From an uncultured Candidatus Saccharibacteria bacterium (GTDB taxonomy: Bacteria > Patescibacteriota > Saccharimonadia > CAILAD01 > BJGX01), in NCBI GenBank assembly GCA_964610335.1, contig CAZSVP010000001.1, forward strand, positions 351,442 through 415,441: DNA of 64,000 nt, written 5' to 3'. The translations under genes and the position numbers were made by a program. The notes beneath the pieces are model-generated. The model saw nothing but the letters and a program-made list of their open reading frames with translations, did no database searches and was not told the DNA's origin. This document shows, piece after piece, positions 40,133 through 51,888 of this stretch. Position 1 is the stretch's first letter; each line of letters begins with the position of its first letter.

Positions 40133-40758
40133 TGGCGGACAACGAAGAAAAACTGATTGATTCAGAGGAATCAGAAGCGAAAGTAGCCAAGCGTAGTTCC
40201 GAATCTCTTGAGCGCAATAAATCTGCCGAGAAGTCAAAGTCAGAGATGAAGCGCGACGAGGCCGACCTAGCTCGTAAAGGTGAGGCTGCTGAGCGTAAGA
40301 TAAAAGCAGAGTTGGAGAAAAAAGAGGCTGACCTAGCTCGCAAACAGGAGAAGTCCAAAGAAGCTGAAGAAAAGAAAGCAGAGAAGGAAAAAGAGCTTTC
40401 TGAGAAGAAGGAACCCAAGGGACCACTAACCAAGACAGAGAAAAAGCGAGTTTACAAGAAGGAATTGAGCAAGATTCAATCTCAACTACCTGCCGGGAGC
40501 CGGGCTTTCTCCAAGGTAGTACACAATCCAGTAGTTGAAACTGTTAGCAACGCTGCTGAGAAAACTGTATTGCGTCCATCCGTGCTAATAGGTGGCGCAG
40601 TAGTAGGTATAGGTCTAGGTATAGTAATCTACGTAGCAGCACGTGTTTATGGCTATATCATCCCCAACTGGATGCTGTTAGCACTACTTGTTATAGGTGG
40701 TGTGCTGGGTGTATTGATTGAAATGGTTCTCAAGCTTGCCGGCCGATCTAAATCGTAG
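40132..40758 (+). CDS. Hypothetical membrane protein with a charged coiled-coil N-terminus
   Basis: Duplicated EADLARK; two C-terminal TM helices. Confidence 0.75.
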   Translation: MADNEEKLIDSEESEAKVAKRSSESLERNKSAEKSKSEMKRDEADLARKGEAAERKIKAELEKKEADLARKQEKSKEAEEKKAEKEKELSEKKEPKGPLTKTEKKRVYKKELSKIQSQLPAGSRAFSKVVHNPVVETVSNAAEKTVLRPSVLIGGAVVGIGLGIVIYVAARVYGYIIPNWMLLALLVIGGVLGVLIEMVLKLAGRSKS

Positions 40759-40814
40759 TGATTGAGTGCTGACATACCTAGCCAATTGAGCATAAAACGT
40801 GTAGCATAAGTAGT

Positions 40815-41669
40815 ATGCGTGACGCGATACGGGGTTCACTAAAAAAGGTGTTCCGAGGTTTTCATAGTTGGACGGCAGCTATTGTGGCTACCTTGTGTTT
40901 TGGGTTGCTTAGCTTACCCGCTCTGGCAGCCTATGTATCTCAAGGCTATACTACAAAAAGTTCAATACCGGCTGGCTCAATCGTGGCTGTGACAAGAGAT
41001 GATCAAACAGTGGTTGAACTAGCATCACTAGGTAGTGAGAACCCAATTGTGGGTGTGGTAAGTACCGTCAACCAAGGAGTTGTGTCGGTCAATCCAAGCA
41101 GTAGCAATACCCAGGTAATTAGCTCGGGTACTGCCAAAATACTCGCTAGCGACATCAATGGCAAAATCAATCCTGGCGATAGTCTGACGCTGTCACCCAT
41201 TGACGGGGTTGCGATGAAGGCTACCGCCAGCGGCAGCTTGGTAGGGGTGGCTCGCGACAGCAGTGATCAGCTTGAGAATCGAGTGTCACGCCAAATGACC
41301 GACAACACTGGTAAGATTCAGAGTTACAGTATTGGTCTACTCAATAGCGATGTGCAATTGGGCCAGTTTCAGCCGACAGCGAGCCAGAGCGGTTCCAATG
41401 TAGTGACGGGCTTGCAGGCTCTCAGCTCGAATCTTGCTGGCAAGAAACTTACGCCAGTACGAGCTGCTGCTGCGTTTGCCTTGGTGATAATCGCTACAGT
41501 GGCGGCTATGGTAGTGTTGTTCTCGGCAGTTACCTCAAGCATACGCTCAATTGGACGTAACCCACTTGCCAAGCACGCTGTACTGCGTAGTCTGGGCCAA
41601 GTAATACTGGCAGTAGTAATAATAATATTTGCGGCATTCGCCGGCGTGTACATAATAATAGGTGTGTGA
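40815..41669 (+). CDS. Exported protein ending in an ATP-synthase subunit-c-like helical hairpin
   Basis: Signal peptide (ALA/A); beta-rich domain; TM-SIGRNPLA-TM; stop overlaps the alpha-like start (TGATG). Confidence 0.7.
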   Translation: MRDAIRGSLKKVFRGFHSWTAAIVATLCFGLLSLPALAAYVSQGYTTKSSIPAGSIVAVTRDDQTVVELASLGSENPIVGVVSTVNQGVVSVNPSSSNTQVISSGTAKILASDINGKINPGDSLTLSPIDGVAMKATASGSLVGVARDSSDQLENRVSRQMTDNTGKIQSYSIGLLNSDVQLGQFQPTASQSGSNVVTGLQALSSNLAGKKLTPVRAAAAFALVIIATVAAMVVLFSAVTSSIRSIGRNPLAKHAVLRSLGQVILAVVIIIFAAFAGVYIIIGV

Positions 41670-43057
41670 TGGAACAGCAAGAATCAGCTAAAATCAAAGG
41701 TATTAATGGATACGCACTCGATGTAGAGCCGATTGATGGTATTCACTTACACGCTACTGTTAGCACTAACTCCGAGCAGCCCGGGCTGGTATATAACGCT
41801 AGTGAAAAAAACATGCGAGTGTTGTCGCTGGAAAGCAGTGAGGTAATAGCTGCTGATAGTTTGCAGCCGCAATTTAGAAGTTTGCAAGTAGCAGTAGAAG
41901 AGAACACTCTCGGCAAGACCCACGCTGTTGGTGAACTATTGCAAAAACAAACCGTCAGTAAATCAGATAAAGTGCATTTACGCCCGGTATTCGGCGACGC
42001 ATTGCCTCTCAACAATCGGGCAGTTGTCAACGAGCAGTTGGAAACTGGTGTTGTGGTAGTGGATTCCCTATTCCCTATCGTAAAAGGTCAGCGTATAGCG
42101 GTGATTGGTGATGCCAAAGCTGGTAAGTCATCTTTTTTGACACAGACTGCGATACACCACCTTACTACTACTAAATCAATAGCTGTATTTGTGGAGATTG
42201 CTAAGCGTAAGCAGGATGTCGAAAGGCTAGCCTTTCGACTCTACCAGGCAGGCGTGATTGATAGAGCAGTAATAGTAGTGGCTGATGCACTCGACAACAT
42301 TGTATTGCAGTACTTGGCACCATTTGTTGGCTGTGCGGTGGCCGAACATTTTTGGGACCAGGGACAAGATGTGCTGTTGGTATATGATGATCTCGCCACG
42401 CATGCCAAAGTATATCGTGAGATGTCATTGCAGCTAGGTCAGCAGCCCGGTCGCGAAAGCTATCCAGCAGACCTGTTTTATATTCACGCTAGTTTACTGG
42501 AGCGTGCCGGTAGGCGAGCCGATACCGGCAAGAGCTTGACTGCTTTCGCAGTGGGGACTACCCCCAACGATGACCTGACCGGGTATTTCCCTACCAATAT
42601 GATATCTACTTCGGATGGGCAGCTTGTATTTGACCTCAAGACTATGCGTTCTGGGATTCGTCCGGCGCTAAATATCGGTTTGTCAGTAAGCCGTGTGGGT
42701 GGAAGAGCTCAAAGCGCCTACTATCAAAATATGTCAGAGCAAATACTACAGTCATTATCCAACTACTCGGCTGTTGAAACTTACGCACGGTTTAATACTA
42801 AGCTGTCTGTAACATCACAGAAGAACTTGGCTATTGGCAAGAAACTGTTTGAATTGTTTTTGCAAGATCAAGCTAGTAGTTTTACATTGGCAATGCAGCG
42901 GGTGATGCTAGAAACAGTTTTCATGAGTGAGCAACCAGAAAAACTCAATATCGCTTGGCTCAAAGACGTGATTGCTGATGTGGTAAAGCCCGAGACAATA
43001 GAGAAAGATTTTCGAGCGCTGGCCAAAGACTTACTTAAGAGTAATCCGGTGGTATAG
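41669..43057 (+). CDS. atpA: Divergent F1-ATPase alpha-like subunit
   Basis: KGQRIAVIGDAKAGKS, YDDLATHA, PGRESYP, LLERAG, DGQ, RPALNIGLSVSRVG. Confidence 0.88.
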   Translation: MEQQESAKIKGINGYALDVEPIDGIHLHATVSTNSEQPGLVYNASEKNMRVLSLESSEVIAADSLQPQFRSLQVAVEENTLGKTHAVGELLQKQTVSKSDKVHLRPVFGDALPLNNRAVVNEQLETGVVVVDSLFPIVKGQRIAVIGDAKAGKSSFLTQTAIHHLTTTKSIAVFVEIAKRKQDVERLAFRLYQAGVIDRAVIVVADALDNIVLQYLAPFVGCAVAEHFWDQGQDVLLVYDDLATHAKVYREMSLQLGQQPGRESYPADLFYIHASLLERAGRRADTGKSLTAFAVGTTPNDDLTGYFPTNMISTSDGQLVFDLKTMRSGIRPALNIGLSVSRVGGRAQSAYYQNMSEQILQSLSNYSAVETYARFNTKLSVTSQKNLAIGKKLFELFLQDQASSFTLAMQRVMLETVFMSEQPEKLNIAWLKDVIADVVKPETIEKDFRALAKDLLKSNPVV

Positions 43058-43059
43058 CT

Positions 43060-45215
<2,156 letters not shown>

Positions 45216-45216
45216 T

Positions 45217-45468
45217 ATGGAAGAAGAACGATTCTTGGTAAAAGTATTCTCGCCTTTTGAAGTGTATTATGAGGGCGAAGCATTTAGCTTGTCGGCCACC
45301 AACTCACAGGGGCCATTTGATGTATTGCCTGAGCATGCCAACTTCATAAGTCTGGTTAGCCGTGGCAATGTTACTATTGATACTCCATTTGGGAAGCGAC
45401 AATTTGCTCTAGAGCGCGGCATACTGCGTATCCGTAGCGGTCAAGCGACACTTTTTGCCAACGTATAA
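45217..45468 (+). CDS. atpC: F1 epsilon-like subunit, N-terminal beta-sandwich only
   Basis: VFSP...G.FDVLPEHANFISL...G; 83 aa, no C-terminal helices. Confidence 0.78.
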   Translation: MEEERFLVKVFSPFEVYYEGEAFSLSATNSQGPFDVLPEHANFISLVSRGNVTIDTPFGKRQFALERGILRIRSGQATLFANV

Positions 45469-45542
45469 GATGTATCTCGGTTGCATTGACTAACCATAAG
45501 CGTTACAATTGTTGTAAGAAAACACACAAGTGAGGGAAAAGG

Positions 45543-47882
45543 GTGGACGGACAAACAAACACGCAAAATGTTTCTGTTGAACAGGCTACGTTTTCTGGTC
45601 AGTTGCAAAACCAATCTAGTGGGGCAACGGCTTCAGTTGATAATACTGAGATAGCCAGACTACATCGCCGTAATCGTTTTTTTCAAGCGCTTTGGATAGC
45701 GGCGGGTATTTTATTACTTCTGCTATTTGCGACGGCGTCAATATTGATATGGCGAAATCGCTCGCAAGTATCCCAGCTGACCAATGCATCGGAGCGCTAT
45801 AAGCCTGTAAATCTCAATCTTTCTGGCCAGCCATTGCAAACTGGTTTGCAAGGTGTACTGGCGGTCAATGGCGATATTACGGCTACTGGTACTGTTAGCG
45901 CTGCTAACTTGCAGGGTAGTGGTAGCGGTATTACTGACTTGCAGGCCAACAACATCGTCGGTGTACTTCAACCAGGTCAGCTTGATCCATTTATAGCCTA
46001 CACCAACAAGAACTTCCAGGCCTTCACAGGTACCAATCAAGTATTTCGTAACAGTTCCAACTCAGTATCGGCATTTTCTGTCCAAAACGCATCGGCCGCA
46101 CCAGTTTTGAGCGTGAGTACGGCCAGTAACTTTGTAGGAGTTAATACAAGTGTGCCATCTGTTACAGGCCTAAGCCTGGAGGTGAATGGTACTGCCAAAG
46201 TTGATAACTATCTATTGGTGGGGGCACAGTCAACACCAAACACATCAATTCTTGATACTGGTCCACTATTCTCAAACGATGATATACAAAGAATCCTAGC
46301 CGTTCAACAAATATCATCAAACAATCCAAATGCAAACAGCATATTTGTGGGTACTGCCAATGAGCTACTAGCCAACCCCCAATACGATCCCGTTATTCTG
46401 GGCTCTTTTCTTGGGTTTACTACCGTAGCTGGTGGTAACAAAAATATATATGCAGGCAGCTATTCTGCTTTGCAAACAGATAAGACAAATTCCAAGGATT
46501 TCTATCTAAATGGTGGTGTTATGAACTCAGTTACTCATTCAGGTAGCGGAACCGTATTTATGCAAGCTGCTCAACTCAATACTGTTGCCAATCTCGGTGC
46601 GGGGGAAATCGCTTATGCTTTTGGTAGTGCGACTATCCCAGTTACTTACAATGGCCCAGGTACTCCTGTAAACTATATGCAATTCTACTCAGGCAATACT
46701 ATTGTTGATCCTCAAGATCCCTCACTTGGTTTTCTAGGTTTTCCCACCATATACCAAGCTGGCTCAATTGGTCGACAAGTAGGTATAGATATCCAATATC
46801 AACAAAGCGGTACAATAGGAAGCGCCAATCTAGTATCTGAAGGATATTTGAGTAAGAATTACTTTGAAGGGAATGTGTCTATTGGCTCTTGTGCAGCCAA
46901 TCTTACACCGAGTTCAATTCTTGGGACTACTGCTTGTATAACTGGTCTCGATCCAATTCCAGGGGGTAATAAGTTGTCAGTGAACACTTCGGCGCCTTCG
47001 ACTGCCTCAGCTCACATTAATACTGCTGTAGCATCAGATAAGGCGTTGGTGGTCAAAGGAGTTACCAGCCAAACAGGTAATCTTACTGAGTGGCAAAACT
47101 CATCTGGGACAGCACTTAGTAGAGTAACTGCCGACGGGTCATTTAATATTGGCTCAGGCGCGCCGACTAATCGGCTTAGTGTTGTTGATACTTCCGACGA
47201 TACAGTAGCTAACTTCACAGGTTTTACCCAAACCTGTACCGTAGATACATCAGGCGCTGGTGGCTGGTCTTGTTCTTCAGACGAGCGTCTCAAAGAGAAT
47301 ATCGTGAAATTGGATGGTGGCCTCGATACGATTATGCAACTGCGAGGGGTCACATATAACTTCAAGAGCAATCCAGACGGAGACGCAATTGCTGGATTTG
47401 TTGCTCAGGAGGTTGAGAAAATACTGCCTGGGTTAGTTGCTACCGGAGCTGATGGTTATAAATCTCTCAATAAGGACGGTCTAATCCCCTACCTTGTCAG
47501 TGCTATCCAGGATCAACAAAAACAAATTGATACTCTTAAGAATCCGGCCGGAGGAGTAAGTGTGGATGTGCTCAAGACTCTCGCCGACAGCAAAGCCGTG
47601 GAATTTGGTGGTGACTTGACTGTGAATGGTAGCGTGATTATTAAGGGTACATTGGCTGGCAATGTCAATACTCGTGGTACGGTAGTGATTCCGGCTGGCC
47701 AGACATCTGGTGGCTATAGTTTTACTACTGCGTACTCGAAGACTCCAAATATAGTAGTAAGCCCAAGCTCTGATACCGGTGGTCGGTATTGGCTTAAGAG
47801 TAAATCTGCTAGTGGATTTACAGTAGAGCTCGAAGCCGCTCAAGCTACAGATGTAAAATTCGATTGGCAAGCCCAAGAATAG
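45543..47882 (+). CDS. Membrane-anchored fibre/adhesin 1 with S74-type chaperone domain
   Basis: TM helix near aa 50-70; SSDERLKENI...GFVAQEVE...YLVSAIQDQQKQI; C-terminal beta domain ending FDWQA. Confidence 0.8.
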   Translation: MDGQTNTQNVSVEQATFSGQLQNQSSGATASVDNTEIARLHRRNRFFQALWIAAGILLLLLFATASILIWRNRSQVSQLTNASERYKPVNLNLSGQPLQTGLQGVLAVNGDITATGTVSAANLQGSGSGITDLQANNIVGVLQPGQLDPFIAYTNKNFQAFTGTNQVFRNSSNSVSAFSVQNASAAPVLSVSTASNFVGVNTSVPSVTGLSLEVNGTAKVDNYLLVGAQSTPNTSILDTGPLFSNDDIQRILAVQQISSNNPNANSIFVGTANELLANPQYDPVILGSFLGFTTVAGGNKNIYAGSYSALQTDKTNSKDFYLNGGVMNSVTHSGSGTVFMQAAQLNTVANLGAGEIAYAFGSATIPVTYNGPGTPVNYMQFYSGNTIVDPQDPSLGFLGFPTIYQAGSIGRQVGIDIQYQQSGTIGSANLVSEGYLSKNYFEGNVSIGSCAANLTPSSILGTTACITGLDPIPGGNKLSVNTSAPSTASAHINTAVASDKALVVKGVTSQTGNLTEWQNSSGTALSRVTADGSFNIGSGAPTNRLSVVDTSDDTVANFTGFTQTCTVDTSGAGGWSCSSDERLKENIVKLDGGLDTIMQLRGVTYNFKSNPDGDAIAGFVAQEVEKILPGLVATGADGYKSLNKDGLIPYLVSAIQDQQKQIDTLKNPAGGVSVDVLKTLADSKAVEFGGDLTVNGSVIIKGTLAGNVNTRGTVVIPAGQTSGGYSFTTAYSKTPNIVVSPSSDTGGRYWLKSKSASGFTVELEAAQATDVKFDWQAQE

Positions 47883-47904
47883 TTGTTTTAGTCTTCCAAA
47901 GCCC

Positions 47905-50900
47905 TTATACTACTAACATAACAGCTTTGGAAGAGCGTGGAACAACAGAGTAATACAACACAACAACCCCAATACGAGGAAGTAGATAAGAAGTCACATT
48001 GGCTCATCTGGCTATTAGTCGGTTTAGCAGCCCTCTTTCTTGTAATCATAATTATCTTACGTGGTCTCTGTACTGATGTATGGTATATCCGGATGCTTGG
48101 TCTCAATGATCGCTGGTGCCCATCACCTGCTAGTAGTTTGGTCGGTAAGACAGATCTTGCTGATGGTAGTGTGACTGGTAAGAAGGTAGCCTCTGAGACT
48201 ATTACTGTCAGCAACCTTTCTCAACCCATCCAGCAGTTCATTACCAACACCGAGCAAACACTTCAGCAAATAACTCAACAAATCTCTCAGGTATCCAATG
48301 TCCCTGGCCCTGCTGGCCCAGTCGGTGCCACTGGTTTGCAAGGTGCTACCGGTCCAACTGGAGCTACCGGTGCAACTGGTGCCACTGGCCCTCCCGGACC
48401 AGCTGAGCCGATTACTTCCAATGTTCTCAACTCAGCTGGCAACTCTCTAGACTCTACTGTCAATGGAGTGGGCTCTAATGTAGTGAGTATTATTAATTCG
48501 AATACCGCCACCCTGACCCAAGCCGGTGGCCTTACTTCAACCGTCAACGGTGTAGTTGCCAATCAAACCATTGGTGCTGGTACTACTGCTCAGCTTCTTG
48601 GTTACGATGGTGCCGGTAATGCAGTTTACCAGTCTGTTGCTGGTATTTTATCTGGCAATACTACCAATTCACTAGCTTGGGCACAGGGCACAGCAACTCT
48701 TACTAGTACGGTCAATGGTGTAGCTAGCAACGTGGTACTTAGTTGCCCTACTACCACTACTTTCATATGTCAAAACGGTAACTCACTAGCAGGTACTATA
48801 ACAGTCGGAAGCAATGACTCTAACTCCCTGGCTTTTGAAACTGCTGGCCTTACACAGGCAAGTATTGCAGTGGGTGGAGCTACTTCCTTCCAAAACACCA
48901 CCAACTCTACAAATGCCTTCCGAGTCATTAATGCCGCTGGCACCAATACACTTCTTACAGTAGATACTACCAACAATCGTGTAATCATTAGTTCAGGGAC
49001 ATCCATTACTAGTCCAGGTACTGGTAGTAACTCTGAGAAGTTTGGCCTCAATGCAAGTGTGGGGGCAAATGATAATGCTGTGGCAGTTGGTAATGCGGCA
49101 ACAGCTGCCGGTATAGAATCTGTTGCGATTGGTAGAAGTACTAGTGCAGGCACTGGAAGTGTGGTGATTGGCTTCGGCACATCCACTGCTAGCACTAATA
49201 GTGTCACTATTGGACATAGCTTAACAGCAAGTGGTTCAAATACGGTCACAATTGGATCTTCAAACACTGTGGGCAACAACAATAATGGTGTAGTGGTAGG
49301 GTATAACAATACTACCTCGCCAAGTGGCGGGTACGCGATAGCGGTGGGCCGAGATAACACCTGTCTAAATGCTTGTTTTGGAGCATTCAATATTGTCTCA
49401 GATCTTGGGGCAAATAACCGAACGACGATTGGATTTAACAACACTGTCTCACAGTCTTCAAACGCTATCACTGCTGGGTATTTGAATACTATGTCATCGG
49501 GCACCAATGCTCAGATTTATGGTACTAGCAATGACTACACCGGCAATGGTTCGAATGGTTTTGGTGGAATCTTCGGGTATAACAACACGATTGATGGCAG
49601 TGGTGTAAATACAGGAGTAGGTTCTTACGCGGTGGGTATAGGTAATAGTATTGTAGTTACATCTAGTGGTGATGGTGACGCATTTGCATTTGGCAAAAAT
49701 AACAATATCACCGCACCAGGCGCAATTGCCCTTGGGGATACCAATACAGTAGCAGCGCAAAATGGAATATCGCTTGGAATGAACAATAGTGCAACTTCAA
49801 ACAATTCCAATGCTATTTCCATAGGGCAGGGCAATACTCATGCTCAAAATCGAGACAACTTTACACTGATTGGTTTCAATAATGTGGCTGGCGGCACCAA
49901 CTCTACTGACGGATTAGCTATCGGCACAGGCAACACTGCTCAAGATCGAGGCGCATCTATTGGACGTAATAACACGCCAGGTGGTGAAGATAGCTACGTA
50001 TTCGGTAATGGTAATACCCCATTTGGTCAATTTAGTTATATCTTTGGTGGATCCAACACTGGTAGCGGTGGAAACAATAGCGGCACTACAGCACTGTTAG
50101 GGTTTAGTAACAACATCGTTCAAAACTCTACGCAAGCCGACGACGTTTTGGTGGGTAGTGACAACAATGTCACTATTAATTCCGCGAACAATGTAAATTA
50201 TATCTTCGGCGAGAATAATACAATGAACCACACGATCGTTAACGGTAACGGCTATATTATTGGTGGCAATAACACCATCAGTGCAGCTGGGTCTTCAGAA
50301 GATTTTGCTATGGTTATAGGCAACGGCATAACCAACTCAACCTCACAAACTATACAAATCGGGCTTTCCAACGCGGGCAAGGTTACTTTCACTAGCGGCG
50401 GATCAGTAGATATAGGTGCGGCTACGACACCAACACACAAGCTTACGGTAACCGATACCACCACCACTGATGTTGCTCGTTTCAATGGTAGCGCCGGCAC
50501 TCAGTGTACTGTAGTCGCGGGTACTGGCTGGAGCTGTACTAGTGACGACTCGCTTAAAGCCAACGAAGTAAGTATGGATGTGATAGGAACACTCGCCAAG
50601 CTAGGCGCCTTGCGCCCTGTAACCTATCAATGGCAGGGTGATTATGACCAGTGGGTGGCAAATGGCTCAATTCCTGGTGACGAGCCAGATATGCAATACG
50701 GCTTTATAGCCCAAGAGGTAGAAAGCATTTTCCCTGAAGTGGTCAGTACTGATGCTGTCACTGGATTGAAATCGATTAATTACGGCCGACTCAATACATT
50801 TATGATCGCAGCACTCAAAGAAAATTATGGTCTTATCAGTAACTTCCAGAATACATTTACATTTCCAGACGCCTCTACCGTACAAGTTTCGCGTAAGTTA

Positions 50901-51888
50901 ATTGCCGACGGTGGTATTGAAGTACCTGGTACAACTGAGCTTAACGGCGCCACAACTGTGAATGCCTTACTAACCATCAACGGTGCAGTGCAGTTCAATG
51001 GTGCGGCTACATTTGATAGTACTAGCAGGTTCAATGGCCGGGCAGAGTTTGGATCCAACAATACTGGTACCACTACTATTACGGCTGGTGCAACCAGCGT
51101 GTCTGTGCCATTCCCCACCACGTTTACATCAGTGCCTACAGTAACAGTAACTCCTGCTAACTTTATTACCGGCCAGTATCGATACACGGGAGTTACAACC
51201 TCCGGTTTTACTATTGAGCTAGATACACCCCAAGCTGCAAACACTACCTTTAGTTGGCAAGCCTTCTAGATATCATACGCAGTAGTTGTTATACTACTAA
51301 CATAACAGCTTTGGAAGAGCGTGGAACAACAGAGTAATACAACACAACAACCCCAATACGAGGAAGTAGATAAGAAGTCACATTGGCTCATCTGGCTATT
51401 AGTCGGTTTAGCAGCCCTCTTTCTTGTAATCATAATTATCTTACGTGGTCTCTGTACTGATGTATGGTATATCCGGATGCTTGGTCTCAATGATCGCTGG
51501 TGCCCATCACCTGCTAGTAGTTTGGTCGGTAAGACAGATCTTGCTGATGGTAGTGTGACTGGTAAGAAGGTAGCCTCTGAGACTATTACTGTCAGCAACC
51601 TTTCTCAACCCATCCAGCAGTTCATTACCAACACCGAGCAAACACTTCAGCAAATAACTCAACAAATCTCTCAGGTATCCAATGTCCCTGGCCCTGCTGG
51701 CCCAGTCGGTGCCACTGGTTTGCAAGGTGCTACCGGTCCAACTGGAGCTACCGGTGCAACTGGTGCCACTGGCCCTCCCGGACCAGCTGAGCCGATTACT
51801 TCCAATGTTCTCAACTCAGCTGGCAACTCTCTAGACTCTACTGTCAATGGAGTGGGCTCTAATGTAGTGAGTATTATTAATTCGAATA
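47905..51888 (+). repeat. 600-bp direct repeat (47905-48504 and 51289-51888)
   Basis: Identical upstream region and first ~189 codons of fibre genes 2 and 3; antisense ORF translations also match. Confidence 0.9.
47937..51269 (+). CDS. Membrane-anchored fibre/adhesin 2 (collagen repeat, YadA-like head repeats, S74 domain)
   Basis: TM helix; (GxY)n [10 protein letters not shown]...; AVAVG/SVAIG repeats; CTSDDSLK...GFIAQEVE; FSWQAF. Confidence 0.85.
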   Translation: MEQQSNTTQQPQYEEVDKKSHWLIWLLVGLAALFLVIIIILRGLCTDVWYIRMLGLNDRWCPSPASSLVGKTDLADGSVTGKKVASETITVSNLSQPIQQFITNTEQTLQQITQQISQVSNVPGPAGPVGATGLQGATGPTGATGATGATGPPGPAEPITSNVLNSAGNSLDSTVNGVGSNVVSIINSNTATLTQAGGLTSTVNGVVANQTIGAGTTAQLLGYDGAGNAVYQSVAGILSGNTTNSLAWAQGTATLTSTVNGVASNVVLSCPTTTTFICQNGNSLAGTITVGSNDSNSLAFETAGLTQASIAVGGATSFQNTTNSTNAFRVINAAGTNTLLTVDTTNNRVIISSGTSITSPGTGSNSEKFGLNASVGANDNAVAVGNAATAAGIESVAIGRSTSAGTGSVVIGFGTSTASTNSVTIGHSLTASGSNTVTIGSSNTVGNNNNGVVVGYNNTTSPSGGYAIAVGRDNTCLNACFGAFNIVSDLGANNRTTIGFNNTVSQSSNAITAGYLNTMSSGTNAQIYGTSNDYTGNGSNGFGGIFGYNNTIDGSGVNTGVGSYAVGIGNSIVVTSSGDGDAFAFGKNNNITAPGAIALGDTNTVAAQNGISLGMNNSATSNNSNAISIGQGNTHAQNRDNFTLIGFNNVAGGTNSTDGLAIGTGNTAQDRGASIGRNNTPGGEDSYVFGNGNTPFGQFSYIFGGSNTGSGGNNSGTTALLGFSNNIVQNSTQADDVLVGSDNNVTINSANNVNYIFGENNTMNHTIVNGNGYIIGGNNTISAAGSSEDFAMVIGNGITNSTSQTIQIGLSNAGKVTFTSGGSVDIGAATTPTHKLTVTDTTTTDVARFNGSAGTQCTVVAGTGWSCTSDDSLKANEVSMDVIGTLAKLGALRPVTYQWQGDYDQWVANGSIPGDEPDMQYGFIAQEVESIFPEVVSTDAVTGLKSINYGRLNTFMIAALKENYGLISNFQNTFTFPDASTVQVSRKLIADGGIEVPGTTELNGATTVNALLTINGAVQFNGAATFDSTSRFNGRAEFGSNNTGTTTITAGATSVSVPFPTTFTSVPTVTVTPANFITGQYRYTGVTTSGFTIELDTPQAANTTFSWQAF

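Noticed and set aside
47905-51888. Diversity-generating retroelement or CRISPR-type repeat
   Set aside because: The copies look identical with no adenine-specific mismatches, there is no reverse transcriptase, and there is no repeat-spacer periodicity anywhere in the window.
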